From Chthoniobacteraceae bacterium (GTDB taxonomy: Bacteria > Verrucomicrobiota > Verrucomicrobiia > Chthoniobacterales > Chthoniobacteraceae): DNA of 64,000 bases. Shown piece after piece: positions 31,403-44,101 of this stretch (positions are counted from its first letter, which is position 1; every line of letters starts with the position of its first letter). The position numbers and the translations under genes were made by a program. The stretch covers positions 26,025 through 90,024 of the forward strand of contig JANNXQ010000235.1 in NCBI GenBank assembly GCA_031409655.1. Reading direction: 5' to 3'. The notes under the pieces are model-generated. The model ran no database searches and was not told the origin of the DNA. It saw nothing but the letters and a program-made list of their open reading frames with translations.

Positions 31403-34345
31403 TCACGCCTCGCGGAGGCTGAAGTTGCCCTGCGTGCCGAGGTCGAAGCGGTCGGTGCCGGAGGTGAGCGGAAATTTCACGGACCCGATCTGCAGTTTGC
31501 TGATTTGTTGCGCGGCGAAGCCAAAGTGTTCGCCGGTGGTGAAGCCGCCGACCTGGCCTTGCACGGTGATGCTGGCGATCTGGGAGACGAGGGCGTTGCC
31601 GCCGGCGATGACGAAATCGTCGCCGTCGCCGAATTGGAAATTTGGCCCGGGATTTACGCCCGCGGAGATGCGGGCGAGGGTGGCGTTGTGGCCGATGGTG
31701 ATGGCGCCGATTTGCACGTCGGGGTTGGTCCAGGTGCGGGTGAGGTGATCGAATCCGGCAAAGATCGAGCCATCGAAATCGCCGCCGATGCTGATGCTGG
31801 CGATGGCGAGGGCGGCGCTGGCGGTGGTCGCGCCGGTGTGGCCGCGGGCGCTGATCAAGCCGCTGACGTCGCGGCCGATCTTCACTTTGCCGATGGTGGA
31901 AAGTGTGGAGATATCCGCGAAGAGGGTGCCTTTGATCTCGACGCTGGTGATGTGCGTGAGGGCGGAGATGGAGCCGGAAAGCTCGCCGCTGCCGCGCTGC
32001 AGGCTGCCGCCGACTTTCACGGGACCGAGGGAGGCGGCACTGACGATCGTCCCGCTATTGGGGCCCGCACCGCCTTCGAGCGATTGGGCGACGGAGATCG
32101 AGGTGATGCCCGCGAAGCCGAAGACGGAGCCGGAGGTGGCGCCGCTGCCGCCGATGAGCGAGCCGAGGATTTTCGTGGCCCCGAGGGTGCCGTTGGACTG
32201 CACTGTGCCGGAGCGGTCCCCGGCCCCACCGAGGAGGGTGCCGCCGATGGTCACGCTGCCGATCCCGACGCCGAGGATGGAGCCGCTGTCGGCGGAAGCA
32301 CCGCCGAGGAGATTGTGGGCGAGGGTGATGCTGCCGATCCGGCCATTTGACTGGATGGAGCCATTCACCGCGATGCCCGTGGCGCTCGGGTTGCCGACGA
32401 TCCGGTCTCCGATGCTCACTTTCCCGATGCCGCCGGTGCCCGCGACGAGGATGCCGCTATTCGCGGCGGTGCCGCCGATGAGGGAGCCACCGATGGAAAT
32501 CTCTTTGATGCTGACGCTCCCGAGTGAGCCGGACCCGGACGCGGAGCCGCCGATGATATCACCGCCGATGCGCACCTTGCCGAGGCTGCCACTGACAAAG
32601 ATCGCGCCGAGGGTGGCATTGGCGCCCCCGATGACACTCCCGCCGATCGTCAAAGAATCGAGATTGCCCGTGACGGTGAGGCTGGAGCCGACGAGGTCGG
32701 TCGTGATCGTGGCTTTGCCCAAGGTGCCGACCACCACGCTATCGAGGATGGCTGGCAGCGCCTGGGTGGCGCTAAAGTAGCGACTGAGGGAATGCACTTT
32801 GAGCGACTTGAGGGCGGGCGTGGAGGCGGTGCCATCCCCGGCGTCGATGCGTCCGAGGTCGCCGGTGATCTGCACGCTGCCGAGGTCGAGGTCGGTGGCA
32901 TTGAGGTAGCCCACGTTCACAAAGCCATCGCCGCCCGCAGCGGTGCGCTGAGCGGAGATGGTGATGTTTGCGCCGTTGAATTCCGCGGCGTCGTTGTGCA
33001 GGTCGAGGGTTTGCAGTTGTCCGCCGCCCGAGGTGCCGGCGTTGATCTGGAAGTTCGACTGCGCAAACTGGCCCTTCGAGGTGCGGACGGTGACGCGGTC
33101 GCCATCCACATCGGTGAAAGTCGCGGTGCGCCCTTCGGTCGAAATCACGGGAGCGACGGCGGCGGAAATCGAGACGACGGAGAGCGAAAATTCGGAGGTA
33201 TTGCCCGCGGCATCGATGGCGATGGCGGAGACGGCGACCCCAGGGTTGAGTTGCGCATCGAAGCTCGCGCTGAAAGTCCCGAGTCCGGCGGCATCCGTGC
33301 TCACTCCGGTGGCGCCGAAGAAATTTTCCGCCTCCCCGTAGCCCGTCGGGTCGGCGGGGTCGGGGATGAAAAACTGTACGGCGACGATGCTGGACGGGGT
33401 ACTGGTGAGGGTGCCGCGAAGGACGGTGCGGCCGCCGCCGATGAGCGCTTGCGTGATCACGGGGAAGGCCTGATGCCCGGCGGTGTTCGGCGTCACGCCG
33501 TCGTCGAAGATATCGATGCCGAGGCCGCCGTTTTTGAAAATGCGATTGCCGCTGATCACATTGCCAGCGGCGAGCGAGTCCGCGCTGGTCGCGACGCCAG
33601 CACCCAGATTTCCGGCGATGATGTTCAAAGCCCCGGGGTCGAGGCCGCCCACGAGATTGCCATTTGCGCCTGCGGAAAAGCGGATGCCCGTGCCATTGGC
33701 GAGCGGCCCCATGACGTCGGCCAGCGATCCGATGTTGTTGCCGAGGATGCTGTTTTCCACCGCATTTCTACCCGTGAGGAGGATCCCTTCGCCGGTATTG
33801 CCGGAGATGACATTGCCCAGCGCTGCCGTCACGCCTCCGACAGTGTGCCCCCGGCCGGTGATGCGGATGCCGACGCCATTTGCAGGAGTGCCGGTGCCGG
33901 TGCCAGTGGCATCAGTGCCTATGTAGCTCCCCGTGACCGTGCCGCCCGAAGCGCCGAGGACGATGCCGGCACCCGCGAAATGATTGATCGTGAGCCCGCC
34001 GATTTTCACGCCCGGTGCGGCGACTTCGAGGCCATTCGCACCGACGCCGAGGGCTGTGCCGGTGAGTTCGATGCGAGGCGCGCCGCCAGCCACGAAGCCG
34101 GGCTGCGTGGTGCCGTCGATGATCACCGGATCGGTGATCAAAGGGAGTGCGGTGGCGAGGTTGATCGTCTGAACGCCACTGCCGGCGAGACTGAAGATGA
34201 TCGTGTCGGAGCCGGCGGCACCATTTGCCTCCAGCAAAGCCTGGCGAAAGGAACCAGCGCCCGCGTCGGCCGCAGTGATCACGGTGAAAGTGGCGGGCGC
34301 GATGCGGGTTTCGAGCGGTTCGATGGGGTGGGGGAGGAGCGGCAT
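31403..34345 (-). CDS. Large extracellular beta-helix protein with N-terminal LEPRxLL-like motif
   Basis: ATG at 34345 gives MPLLPHPIEPLETRIAPATFTV; GSFRQAL, NVISGN beta-helix, GNTSEFS, then Gly-rich GSLIGG repeats. Confidence 0.8.
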   Translation of the reverse strand: MPLLPHPIEPLETRIAPATFTVITAADAGAGSFRQALLEANGAAGSDTIIFSLAGSGVQTINLATALPLITDPVIIDGTTQPGFVAGGAPRIELTGTALGVGANGLEVAAPGVKIGGLTINHFAGAGIVLGASGGTVTGSYIGTDATGTGTGTPANGVGIRITGRGHTVGGVTAALGNVISGNTGEGILLTGRNAVENSILGNNIGSLADVMGPLANGTGIRFSAGANGNLVGGLDPGALNIIAGNLGAGVATSADSLAAGNVISGNRIFKNGGLGIDIFDDGVTPNTAGHQAFPVITQALIGGGRTVLRGTLTSTPSSIVAVQFFIPDPADPTGYGEAENFFGATGVSTDAAGLGTFSASFDAQLNPGVAVSAIAIDAAGNTSEFSLSVVSISAAVAPVISTEGRTATFTDVDGDRVTVRTSKGQFAQSNFQINAGTSGGGQLQTLDLHNDAAEFNGANITISAQRTAAGGDGFVNVGYLNATDLDLGSVQITGDLGRIDAGDGTASTPALKSLKVHSLSRYFSATQALPAILDSVVVGTLGKATITTDLVGSSLTVTGNLDSLTIGGSVIGGANATLGAIFVSGSLGKVRIGGDIIGGSASGSGSLGSVSIKEISIGGSLIGGTAANSGILVAGTGGIGKVSIGDRIVGNPSATGIAVNGSIQSNGRIGSITLAHNLLGGASADSGSILGVGIGSVTIGGTLLGGAGDRSGTVQSNGTLGATKILGSLIGGSGATSGSVFGFAGITSISVAQSLEGGAGPNSGTIVSAASLGPVKVGGSLQRGSGELSGSISALTHITSVEIKGTLFADISTLSTIGKVKIGRDVSGLISARGHTGATTASAALAIASISIGGDFDGSIFAGFDHLTRTWTNPDVQIGAITIGHNATLARISAGVNPGPNFQFGDGDDFVIAGGNALVSQIASITVQGQVGGFTTGEHFGFAAQQISKLQIGSVKFPLTSGTDRFDLGTQGNFSLREA

Positions 34346-34495
34346 GATGAGGCAGAGTTTTGCCGGATCGGGGTCCGCGCGGCGAGGCGAAAGGCGCGGG
34401 GCGGCGCGCGCTCCGCGGACGGTGAAAGCGCCGCTGAAGCACGGCGCGTCAAATTTTCCCTTCCCGCCTCTCCATGCATCGGGGAGAAACCCGCG

Positions 34496-36148
34496 ATGCA
34501 TCGCCCCACCGCTCTCGCTCTCGTCGCCGTGCTGTGGGCGGCGATCTATCTGCCGGGGCTGGGCTCCACGGAGCTGAAGGGCGAGGAAGGTCGGCGCATT
34601 CTCCCCGCCGTGACGATGCTGGAGACGGGGAACTGGCTGGTGCCCTACGTGGGCGGCAAGCCGTATCTGCGCAAGCCGCCGCTGGTGAATTGGGCGATCG
34701 CCGGGATGTTCAAAATCACGGGGGTGCGCAACGAGTGGACGGCGCGGTTGCCGGCCGCGCTCTGCGTCCTGGCGCTCGGACTCGGCATCGTCGCGGTGGC
34801 GTCGGATCGGCGGGCTTTTCCCACCCAGTGGCTGGATGTGGAGACGAGCCTCGTCGCGGCGCTCATGGCGATGACGCAATTCGGGCTCCTGGCAAAGGCG
34901 AAGTTTGCGGGTGCCGAAATCGAAGGCATCTACGCCCCGCTCACCGGGATCGCCATCGTCTGCTGGCTGGCCTGGCACGCGCAGGGCCGCTCGCCGTGGC
35001 TCGTGTGGACGGTGCCGGGCGTGCTGCTCGGGCTGGCGTGCCTGACGAAAGGGCCGTCTCTGCACCTCGTTTTTTTCTATGGGATCGTCGGCGTCGCGCT
35101 TTGGCGGGAAAATGCGCTGCGTCAGCTCTGGCATCCGGCGCCATTCGCCGGGCTGGCGATCTGCGCAGGGATCTTTGCCGCGTGGGCGGTGCCGTATTTC
35201 CAAACGCCCGAAGCGGCGACCGCCGCGGAAGTCTGGAAGCGGCAGGGCATCGACCGCTTCACGGACAGCGAATTCAACGCTCGGAATTATTTTACGAATA
35301 TCCCGCGGGCGTTGGGGGATCTTTTGCCGTGGGTGCTATTGGTTCCGGTGGCGCTGGCGAAGCGGCGCGGGGACGTTGGACGGGGACCGTTGGACGGGCT
35401 CCGCGCCGTGGCCTTGGCGACGGCCGGATGCTTCCTCGTCATCCTCCTGATCCCCGGCACTCTCCCGCGCTACGTCCTCCCGCTCGGCGTGCCGGTCGCG
35501 CTGCTCCTGGCGAGCGCCTTGCGCGGGGCGGATGAAAGGACGAGAGCGATCCGCTACTGGCATGGGGCAAACCGTGGGGTCGCCGCATTGCTGATCCTGG
35601 CGGCGTGCGCGGCACCTTTCGTCGTGAGCACGAGCCAGCGCGGACCGGGTGGTCCGCCGCCGGATTTCTCCCAGGTCGTGAAAGCGGCGCTCCTTTGCCT
35701 GCCCTTGATCCCATTAGCGGCGATCATCATCGCCCGGCGTGCGCGCGCCCTGCGACCGTCGATGCTCGCGACGGCCACGGCGACGTTGCTCGGCATCGGC
35801 GCGGCACTTTACGCCATCGCCGCCCTGCCGTGGATCCTCCGGTCGGACGATCTCCGCCCGGTGGCCCGGGCCATCGACGCGGCCATCCCTGTCGGCGAGC
35901 GGCTGACTTTGTACAATCCCGGCTTCCTCGCCGCGATTTTCTATCTCCGCACGCCCTCCAGCTACGCCCCCCAGACCGAGGACATCCCAGCGGATGCGCC
36001 GTGGGTGCTGGCCCGGGGAGGGGAGCGGGAGAAGCTCGCGAAGAAACGGCCGGACCTGCGCGTCGCCCGAGAAATCAGCCTGAAAACCGGTCCGCCGCTT
36101 TTGCTCTTGCAACGCGCGGACAGAACCCAAAAAGTGGCGGTCCCGTAA
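34496..36148 (+). CDS. ArnT/GT-C family membrane glycosyltransferase
   Basis: EEGRR...MLETGNWLVP...YLRKPPLVNW...EWTARLP, LTKGP; multiple TM helices. Confidence 0.85.
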   Translation: MHRPTALALVAVLWAAIYLPGLGSTELKGEEGRRILPAVTMLETGNWLVPYVGGKPYLRKPPLVNWAIAGMFKITGVRNEWTARLPAALCVLALGLGIVAVASDRRAFPTQWLDVETSLVAALMAMTQFGLLAKAKFAGAEIEGIYAPLTGIAIVCWLAWHAQGRSPWLVWTVPGVLLGLACLTKGPSLHLVFFYGIVGVALWRENALRQLWHPAPFAGLAICAGIFAAWAVPYFQTPEAATAAEVWKRQGIDRFTDSEFNARNYFTNIPRALGDLLPWVLLVPVALAKRRGDVGRGPLDGLRAVALATAGCFLVILLIPGTLPRYVLPLGVPVALLLASALRGADERTRAIRYWHGANRGVAALLILAACAAPFVVSTSQRGPGGPPPDFSQVVKAALLCLPLIPLAAIIIARRARALRPSMLATATATLLGIGAALYAIAALPWILRSDDLRPVARAIDAAIPVGERLTLYNPGFLAAIFYLRTPSSYAPQTEDIPADAPWVLARGGEREKLAKKRPDLRVAREISLKTGPPLLLLQRADRTQKVAVP

Positions 36149-36197
36149 GCCGCGCGACCCCCGCGATCGTCCTGAAAATCGGGCTCCGATTCGGCGC

Positions 36198-36215
36198 TTG
36201 TGAAATATTTCACAA
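36198..36215. promoter_or_regulatory. Rex-type operator (perfect 18-bp palindrome)
   Basis: TTGTGAAATATTTCACAA matches TTGTGAA-N4-TTCACAA, about 108 bp upstream of actA. Confidence 0.8.
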
Positions 36216-36322
36216 AGTTGTTGCGTTGGCCTAATTGAAGCGGGATAAGAATTCGACCCGATTTTTTCCGCCTCATGCAGAACGCAACCCCGCACTCCCG
36301 AAGCACCCCGCTCGACTAAGGC

Positions 36323-37054
36323 ATGGCGAATATTTTCCCGCGCGGGAGCAACATTCTCCCAATCAAAATCCTCGTCTGCCTGGCCGTGATCGGACCGGCG
36401 CTGACGGCTGGAGCCTGGTACTACTTTACCCCCAAATACACCCGCGTGGGCTATCAGCCCGCCCAACCGATCCCCTTCCCGCACGACGTGCATTCCAAGC
36501 AACTCGGGATGGATTGCCGCTACTGCCACAGCTTCGTGGAGACGGCCGCGCACTCAAATATCCCGACCACGCAGGTCTGCATCAACTGCCACAACGCGGT
36601 GCAGAAGGACAACCCGAAGCTCGCGCCGCTGCACGAATCCTGGCTGACCGGCAAGCCCATGGAATGGGTACAAATCCACAAGACGCCGGACTACGTGTAT
36701 TTCAATCACGCGGCGCATGTGAACCGTGGCGTCTCCTGCGTGAGCTGCCACGGCAAGGTGAACGAAATGGCGGTCGTCTATCACGCGGAGCCGCACTCGA
36801 TGGCGTGGTGCCTCGAATGCCATCGCGCCCCGGAGAATGCGCTGCGGCCTTTGGATCAGATCACAAATTTGGACTGGACCCCGAAGGCCTTGAACGTCGC
36901 GGACTTCATCGGGAAATACGGCAAGCCGCCCGGCGAGGAGAACACGGATTTCTCGAAAACGGCGTCGCTGACCCAGGAGCAGGTGGGCAAAACTCTGGCG
37001 AAAAAATGGCACATTAATCCGCCGGATAGTAACTGCGCAGGCTGTCACCGATGA
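36323..37054 (+). CDS. actA: Alternative complex III pentaheme cytochrome c
   Basis: Five CxxCH (CRYCH, CINCH, CVSCH, CLECH, CAGCH); QPIPFPHDVH, YFNHAAHV; N-terminal TM. Confidence 0.93.
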   Translation: MANIFPRGSNILPIKILVCLAVIGPALTAGAWYYFTPKYTRVGYQPAQPIPFPHDVHSKQLGMDCRYCHSFVETAAHSNIPTTQVCINCHNAVQKDNPKLAPLHESWLTGKPMEWVQIHKTPDYVYFNHAAHVNRGVSCVSCHGKVNEMAVVYHAEPHSMAWCLECHRAPENALRPLDQITNLDWTPKALNVADFIGKYGKPPGEENTDFSKTASLTQEQVGKTLAKKWHINPPDSNCAGCHR

Positions 37055-40000
37055 GCAAACGAGTTTTCCAACACCCCGTCCCGGCCACCACGGGTAAGAA
37101 ATATTGGCGTTCGCTCGGCGAACTCGGCGATACCCCGGAATTTCGCGGCTGGCTCGAGCGCGAGTTTCCGCAAGGTGCGGCGGAGTTTCAGGGCGGCGAC
37201 GTCTCACGGCGGAATTTCCTGCAATTGATGGGTGCCTCGATGGCCCTGGCCGGCTTCGGCCTCACGGGTTGCCGGCGGATGGAGAAGCATCTGGTGCCTT
37301 TCACGAGGGGCGTGGAGTGGTCCATCCCGGGTAAGACGCTCTTTTTCTCCACCTCCTATCCGACTCGCAAGGGCGCCTCACCGCTGGTCATCGCGACGAA
37401 CGACGGACGGCCCACGAAGGTCGAGGGGAACCCGCTGCATCCGGTCAGCAAAGGCGCGTCCGACGTGCATGCGCAGACTTCGATCCTCGATCTCTATGAC
37501 CCGGATCGGTCCCGGTTTTTCCTCGAAAAGGGCCAGCGCTCGGACGAAGCTGCCTTCACGAAGGCGCTCGCTGAGGCGATGAAAGTTGCGGGCGATGGCT
37601 CGGAGCTTGCCTTCCTCGTGGACGCGAATGAATCCCCGACTCGCGAACGTCTCCGGGCGGAGATCGCGAAGAAATACCCGAAGGCAACGTGGGCGATCTA
37701 CGAACCCCTTGGCGATGATCTCGCGACCCAGGCTGCGCAAGCCGCCTACGGTGGCCTGCGTCCCGTGGCGCAACTCGACAAGGCTGCGGTGATCCTTTCG
37801 ATCGACCACGATTTCCTCGGAAATGATGGCGAAGTCGGGATGGTGCGAGCTTTCAGTGCAAAGCGCAAAGTCGAGGGCCCGGAGTCGAAGATGAACCGGC
37901 TCTACGCGGTTGAAAATCGCTACACCGTGACCGGCGGAATTGCCGATCACCGTCTGCGCCTGCCGGTGAGCCAGATGGGGGCGTTTGCCCTCGCCGTGAG
38001 CAAGAAGGTGTCAGAGTTGACGGCGGATGCGGGTGGTCTCGTGATTTCGAATTCGGTACCGAGTGGGGCGGGTAATTTCCCGGCGGGTTGGGTGGAAGAG
38101 TGCGCTGCGGATCTCGTGGCGCACAAAGGCCAGGCGGTCGTGCTGGTCGGACCGCGTCAGCCAGTGGCGGTGCAGGTCGTAGGGGCATTTATCAATCAGA
38201 TGCTCGGTGCGCCGACGCGAACCCTTGTCGGTCGTGCCGCGACGGTCCAGCCCGGCGCGACCATCACGGACCTTGCGGCAGCCATCAAGAGCAAGCAGAT
38301 CGCCAAGCTTTTCATCCTTGGCGGCAACCCGATCTACAACGCTCCGTCCGATCTCGGTTGGAAGGACTTGCAGGCCTCGGTGGCGCTGGTCGTTCGTCTT
38401 GGTTCGTATGTGGACGAAACCTCCAAGAACGCGACCTGGCACGTTCCGGCCGCTCATTACCTGGAGCAATGGGGTGACGGACGCGCGGCCGACGGGAGTT
38501 ATACCTCCGTCCAGCCGATGATCCTCCCGCTCTTTGGCGGTTGGTCGGAAATCGATCTCCTCGCCACCATCGCTCTCGGGAAAAAGGCCGAAGGTCCGGA
38601 GTTGGTCCAGGAAACGTATCGGAATCTGGTGAAGCCGACGGACTTCACCGCTGGATGGGCAAAGTTCTTGCACGACGGTTTTGTCGCCGGCGAATCCGCG
38701 AAGGCCGAGGTTCTGGCCTTCAATGGCGCGACTGCGGCGGAAGCGCTCAAGGGTCTGAAGGTGGACGCCCCCAGCGATAAGAGCCTCGAAGTCGTCTTCA
38801 TCGCCTGTCCAAAGGTCGATGACGGTCGCTTTAATAACAACGGCTGGCTTCAGGAAATGCCAGACCCGATGACCAAGTTGACTTGGGATAACGCCGCGCT
38901 GATGAGTGCGACCACGGCCCGTCAGCTTGGCGTCAAGGATGGTGGGATGCTCGAGATTACCGTCAATGGGGCGACCCTCACCGTTCCTGCGCTGCGTTTC
39001 CCGGGCCACGCGGATAACTCGATCTCCATCGCGCTTGGATACGGACGTTCCGAGGTTGGTCGGGTTGGCCATGGCACCGGCTTCAATGTCTATCCGCTGC
39101 GCTCCACGGCGGCACCTTATTACGCGCTCGGCGCGACGGCCAAGGCAACCGGTGCAACTTACAAATTGGCGGTTACGCAGGAACACGGCACCCTCGAAGG
39201 TCGTGGCCCTGACCTGACCCGGGAAGGCACCCTGGAGGAGTTTAGGCACGACCCAAATTTCGTGAAGAAGAGCGGCATGGATGCCCACATTCCGCCGAAT
39301 ACGTCGCTCTATACGAATCCCGCCCTCACGGACATGCATCAATGGGGGATGACCGTGGATATGAGCCTTTGCACAGGCTGTTCCGCGTGCATGGTGGCCT
39401 GTCAGTCGGAAAATAACATCCCGATCGTTGGCAAGGAGCAGGTCATCAATGGTCGCGAGATGCACTGGATTCGCACCGATCGTTACTTTGCCTCGCTGAG
39501 CAACGCGGACGAAGAGCCCGAACTGATCTCGCAACCCATGATGTGTCAGCACTGCGAAAGCGCACCGTGCGAAACCGTCTGCCCCGTGAACGCCACGGTG
39601 CATAGCGAAGACGGCCTCAACGTGATGGCCTACAATCGTTGCATCGGCACTCGGTATTGCGCGAACAATTGTCCCTTCAAGGTCCGCCGGTTCAACTTCT
39701 TCGACTACAACGAGCGCAACATCCACAGCCGCAAGGAGGGTAATCCCTTCTCCGGTGTCTATGAGTGGAACCTCACCGCCGATCGTGGCATGGAAGATAC
39801 CCTCAAGCTGCAGAAGAATCCGAACGTCACGGTGCGCATGCGCGGCGTCATGGAGAAATGCACCTTCTGCGTGCAGCGGATTCAGGAGGCGAAGATCGCG
39901 GCTAAAGTCAATGGACGCGACTCCGAGAACATCGAAGACATCCGCATCCCAGCCGATTCCTTTACCAGTGCCTGTGCGCAGGCTTGCCCGGCCGGTGCGA

Positions 40001-40230
40001 TCGTCTTCGGGGACAAGGCAAATCCCGCGAGTAGCGTCTCGAAGCTCATGGCGAAAGAGCGCAGCTACCGCCTCCTTGAGTATTTAAACATCGCTCCCCG
40101 CGTCGTCTATCTCGCACGGATCAAGAACCCGAATCCAAAGATGCCCGGCGCTGGGAAAATCGGCGAGGCCATGCGGTCTCATCATCACGGCGCCAAGCAC
40201 GAAGAATCCGCCAAAGCCGGAGGTCACTAA
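37051..40230 (+). CDS. actB: Alternative complex III molybdopterin-oxidoreductase-like/Fe-S subunit
   Basis: YWRSL, Tat-like [34 protein letters not shown]; Fe-S motifs [34 protein letters not shown]. Confidence 0.95.
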   Translation: MSKRVFQHPVPATTGKKYWRSLGELGDTPEFRGWLEREFPQGAAEFQGGDVSRRNFLQLMGASMALAGFGLTGCRRMEKHLVPFTRGVEWSIPGKTLFFSTSYPTRKGASPLVIATNDGRPTKVEGNPLHPVSKGASDVHAQTSILDLYDPDRSRFFLEKGQRSDEAAFTKALAEAMKVAGDGSELAFLVDANESPTRERLRAEIAKKYPKATWAIYEPLGDDLATQAAQAAYGGLRPVAQLDKAAVILSIDHDFLGNDGEVGMVRAFSAKRKVEGPESKMNRLYAVENRYTVTGGIADHRLRLPVSQMGAFALAVSKKVSELTADAGGLVISNSVPSGAGNFPAGWVEECAADLVAHKGQAVVLVGPRQPVAVQVVGAFINQMLGAPTRTLVGRAATVQPGATITDLAAAIKSKQIAKLFILGGNPIYNAPSDLGWKDLQASVALVVRLGSYVDETSKNATWHVPAAHYLEQWGDGRAADGSYTSVQPMILPLFGGWSEIDLLATIALGKKAEGPELVQETYRNLVKPTDFTAGWAKFLHDGFVAGESAKAEVLAFNGATAAEALKGLKVDAPSDKSLEVVFIACPKVDDGRFNNNGWLQEMPDPMTKLTWDNAALMSATTARQLGVKDGGMLEITVNGATLTVPALRFPGHADNSISIALGYGRSEVGRVGHGTGFNVYPLRSTAAPYYALGATAKATGATYKLAVTQEHGTLEGRGPDLTREGTLEEFRHDPNFVKKSGMDAHIPPNTSLYTNPALTDMHQWGMTVDMSLCTGCSACMVACQSENNIPIVGKEQVINGREMHWIRTDRYFASLSNADEEPELISQPMMCQHCESAPCETVCPVNATVHSEDGLNVMAYNRCIGTRYCANNCPFKVRRFNFFDYNERNIHSRKEGNPFSGVYEWNLTADRGMEDTLKLQKNPNVTVRMRGVMEKCTFCVQRIQEAKIAAKVNGRDSENIEDIRIPADSFTSACAQACPAGAIVFGDKANPASSVSKLMAKERSYRLLEYLNIAPRVVYLARIKNPNPKMPGAGKIGEAMRSHHHGAKHEESAKAGGH

Positions 40231-40233
40231 CCC

Positions 40234-41661
<1,428 letters not shown>

Positions 41662-42207
41662 ATGGCCGATTACCGCAAAGTTTACGGACTCGGTGCAGAG
41701 TTTGGCAGCGCTGCCGATCTGCTCACCGCCGCTGAGAAAGTCCGCGACGCCGGACACACCAAGTGGGATGTCCACACGCCATTCCCCGTGCATGGCATGG
41801 ACAAAGCCATGGGCCTCGGGAAGTCGTGGCTCTCCGCCCCGGTTTTCATTGGTGGCGCTACCGGACTCCTGACCGCCGTGCTGCTGACTTGCATCCCTTC
41901 GTTTGGGATCTATCCGATCATCGTCAACGGGAAGCCCACTGATTGGCGGACGCTGCCGGCATTCTTTCCGATCATGTTCGAGCTGACGGTCCTTTTCTCG
42001 GCCTTTGCGACGATCGCGGCGGTCCTGATCATGAACCAGTTGCCGAAGTGGTATCATCCCGTTTTCAATTGGGAGCGGTTCAGCCGGGTTTCCGACGACG
42101 GTTACTTCATCGTGATCGAGGCCCGCGATCCCAAGTTCTCAGAATCGAAGACCCGGGAATTGCTCGAAGGCGTCGGCGGCCATCACGTGACCCTCATCCA
42201 CGACTGA
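41662..42207 (+). CDS. actD: Alternative complex III subunit D (DUF3341)
   Basis: DVHTPFPVHGMD, NGKP, PIMFELTVL; gene position. Confidence 0.9.
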   Translation: MADYRKVYGLGAEFGSAADLLTAAEKVRDAGHTKWDVHTPFPVHGMDKAMGLGKSWLSAPVFIGGATGLLTAVLLTCIPSFGIYPIIVNGKPTDWRTLPAFFPIMFELTVLFSAFATIAAVLIMNQLPKWYHPVFNWERFSRVSDDGYFIVIEARDPKFSESKTRELLEGVGGHHVTLIHD

Positions 42208-42208
42208 T

Positions 42209-42895
42209 ATGCTGCGTTATTTTTTCGTTTCCTTCCTTTTGATCACCGTCGCCATCGTCGCGCTGGCTGGGTTCCGTGGCTCGAAGAGTTCGAAGCCCCC
42301 GATCGAGATTTTCCGGGACATGGATCATCAGCCCAAGTTCCAGCCGCAACACCCGAATCGCTTCTTTTCCGACGGTCGCTCCGCCCGCAAGCCGGTTACT
42401 GGGACGATCCCAGTAGGTTACACGATTCCCGGGTCTTTCCTCCAGGCTGGCGCAAAAAACGCCACGATCGCACCCAGTGGTTTTACGAATGCGCCCGATT
42501 ACTACAACACCGGTCGGATCGGCGAGGTTTACGGCGACGGGTTCCCGGCAAATCTAACGGTCAATGAAGCTTTCCTCCGCCGCGGCCGGGAACGGTTCGA
42601 CATAAATTGCTCTGTTTGTCACGGCAAGAGCGGTTTGGGGAACGGTATCGTCGGTCAATACGGACTTGCGGCGATTGCGAACCTTGTTGACGACCGGGTG
42701 AAAGCCATGCCGGACGGTCAGCTCTACTCCACGGTGACTAACGGTAAAAACACCATGGGTGCCTACGGCCCGCAGATCGCCGTTGAGGATCGGTGGGCGA
42801 TCGTGGCGTACATGCGCGCCTTGCAGCGCGCCACTGCCGGCAAGCTGGCAGATCTGCCAGAGGCCCAACAAAAGGAACTCCAAGCGAAAAAATGA
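42209..42895 (+). CDS. actE: Alternative complex III monoheme cytochrome c
   Basis: DMDHQPK, RGRERFDINCSVCHG, GKNTMGAY, DRWAIVAY. Confidence 0.9.
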   Translation: MLRYFFVSFLLITVAIVALAGFRGSKSSKPPIEIFRDMDHQPKFQPQHPNRFFSDGRSARKPVTGTIPVGYTIPGSFLQAGAKNATIAPSGFTNAPDYYNTGRIGEVYGDGFPANLTVNEAFLRRGRERFDINCSVCHGKSGLGNGIVGQYGLAAIANLVDDRVKAMPDGQLYSTVTNGKNTMGAYGPQIAVEDRWAIVAYMRALQRATAGKLADLPEAQQKELQAKK

Positions 42896-44100
42896 GCGAC
42901 CATTCTCACGCCGTTTCCCCACCGGAGCCCGAGACCTTCGACATCAAAGACGCGGGTTCTTTGCCGAAGCTCTTTTTTCTCGCTGGCATCGTTGGGCTGC
43001 TCGGAAGCTTGCTCGGACTCATTATCTCCAAGGAGCAATTCGCGTATTCGTGGCTCTTCGGTTTCAGCTACTGCTTCACGATCTGCGTGGGGGCGCTTTT
43101 CTGGACGTGCCTGCATCACGCCACGGATGCCGAGTGGTCGGTTGTTGTGCGTCGGGTCTTGGAAAATATCGCCTGCCTGATTCCCTACCTCGGCATCGCC
43201 TTTGCGCCATTGTTGGTCTTCTGGTGCGTGCCAACACTCTGGCATTGGTGGAGCATCAATCCTGGGGACGATGTCCTCCTCGACGCGAAGTCTGGCTTCC
43301 TCAACCACGGTTTCTTCCTCTTCCGCATCGCCGCTTACTTCCTGCTTCTGAGCTGGGTCGCTCTGCGTCTGCGTGCGCTTTCGGTTGCTCAGGACGCGGA
43401 CGGCGCGGCGAAGCACACCATGGTCATGCGTAAGTTCGGAATCGGAGGCATTCCCGTCGTTGCCATCTGCCTGACGTTTGCCGCGATCGACTGGCTCATG
43501 GGGCTCGACTGGAAGTGGTTCTCGACCATGTGGGGCGTCTATATCTTTGCCGGTGCGGCAGGGAGTTCGATGTCCCTGCTCGTCCTGATCATCACGGCGA
43601 TGAAGAAGAAAGGTTACCTCAGCTTCGTCAATAAGGAGCATTACCATATCATGGGTAAGTTCATGTTGGCCTTCACCATCTTCTGGGCCTACATCGGTTA
43701 CTCCCAGTACATGCTCATCTGGTATGCGAATATCCCAGAAGAGACGATTTACTTCCGCATCCGCAATACCGAGAGCTGGTGGTATTTCTCCCAATTCCTA
43801 GTGATTGGTCGTTTCTTCCTGCCCTTCCCAATTCTGCTCTTCCAGTTCACGAAAAAGAGCGGGCTCATCAATTTCTGCGCCGTCTGGATCCTGCTGATGC
43901 AAATGCTCGATCTCTTCGTGGTTGTCCTTCCCGCCTTGCACCCGACGGGCGTTCATTTCAGTGATCTCTTCTTCGGCGCGTGCTCGGTGGCCGCGATTGC
44001 CGGGATCCTTGGCTGGATATTCCTCAAGAAGATTGGCCGCACCTGCCTCTTTCCAAAACGCGATCCGCGCCTCGCCGCCTCGCTGAAACTCACGAACTGA
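42892..44100 (+). CDS. actF: Alternative complex III membrane subunit F
   Basis: DWLMGLDWKWFSTMWG, FWAYIGYSQYMLIWYANIPEET; ATGA overlap with actE. Confidence 0.9.
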   Translation: MSDHSHAVSPPEPETFDIKDAGSLPKLFFLAGIVGLLGSLLGLIISKEQFAYSWLFGFSYCFTICVGALFWTCLHHATDAEWSVVVRRVLENIACLIPYLGIAFAPLLVFWCVPTLWHWWSINPGDDVLLDAKSGFLNHGFFLFRIAAYFLLLSWVALRLRALSVAQDADGAAKHTMVMRKFGIGGIPVVAICLTFAAIDWLMGLDWKWFSTMWGVYIFAGAAGSSMSLLVLIITAMKKKGYLSFVNKEHYHIMGKFMLAFTIFWAYIGYSQYMLIWYANIPEETIYFRIRNTESWWYFSQFLVIGRFFLPFPILLFQFTKKSGLINFCAVWILLMQMLDLFVVVLPALHPTGVHFSDLFFGACSVAAIAGILGWIFLKKIGRTCLFPKRDPRLAASLKLTN

Positions 44101-44101
44101 A

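Noticed and set aside
32792..35203. 1118-aa and 1266-aa overlapping ORFs suggesting a long bidirectional overlap
   Set aside because: The plausible starts are 34496 (+, ArnT-like) and 34345 (-, LEPRxLL-like). The extensions are each other's antisense, leaving a normal 150-bp divergent spacer.
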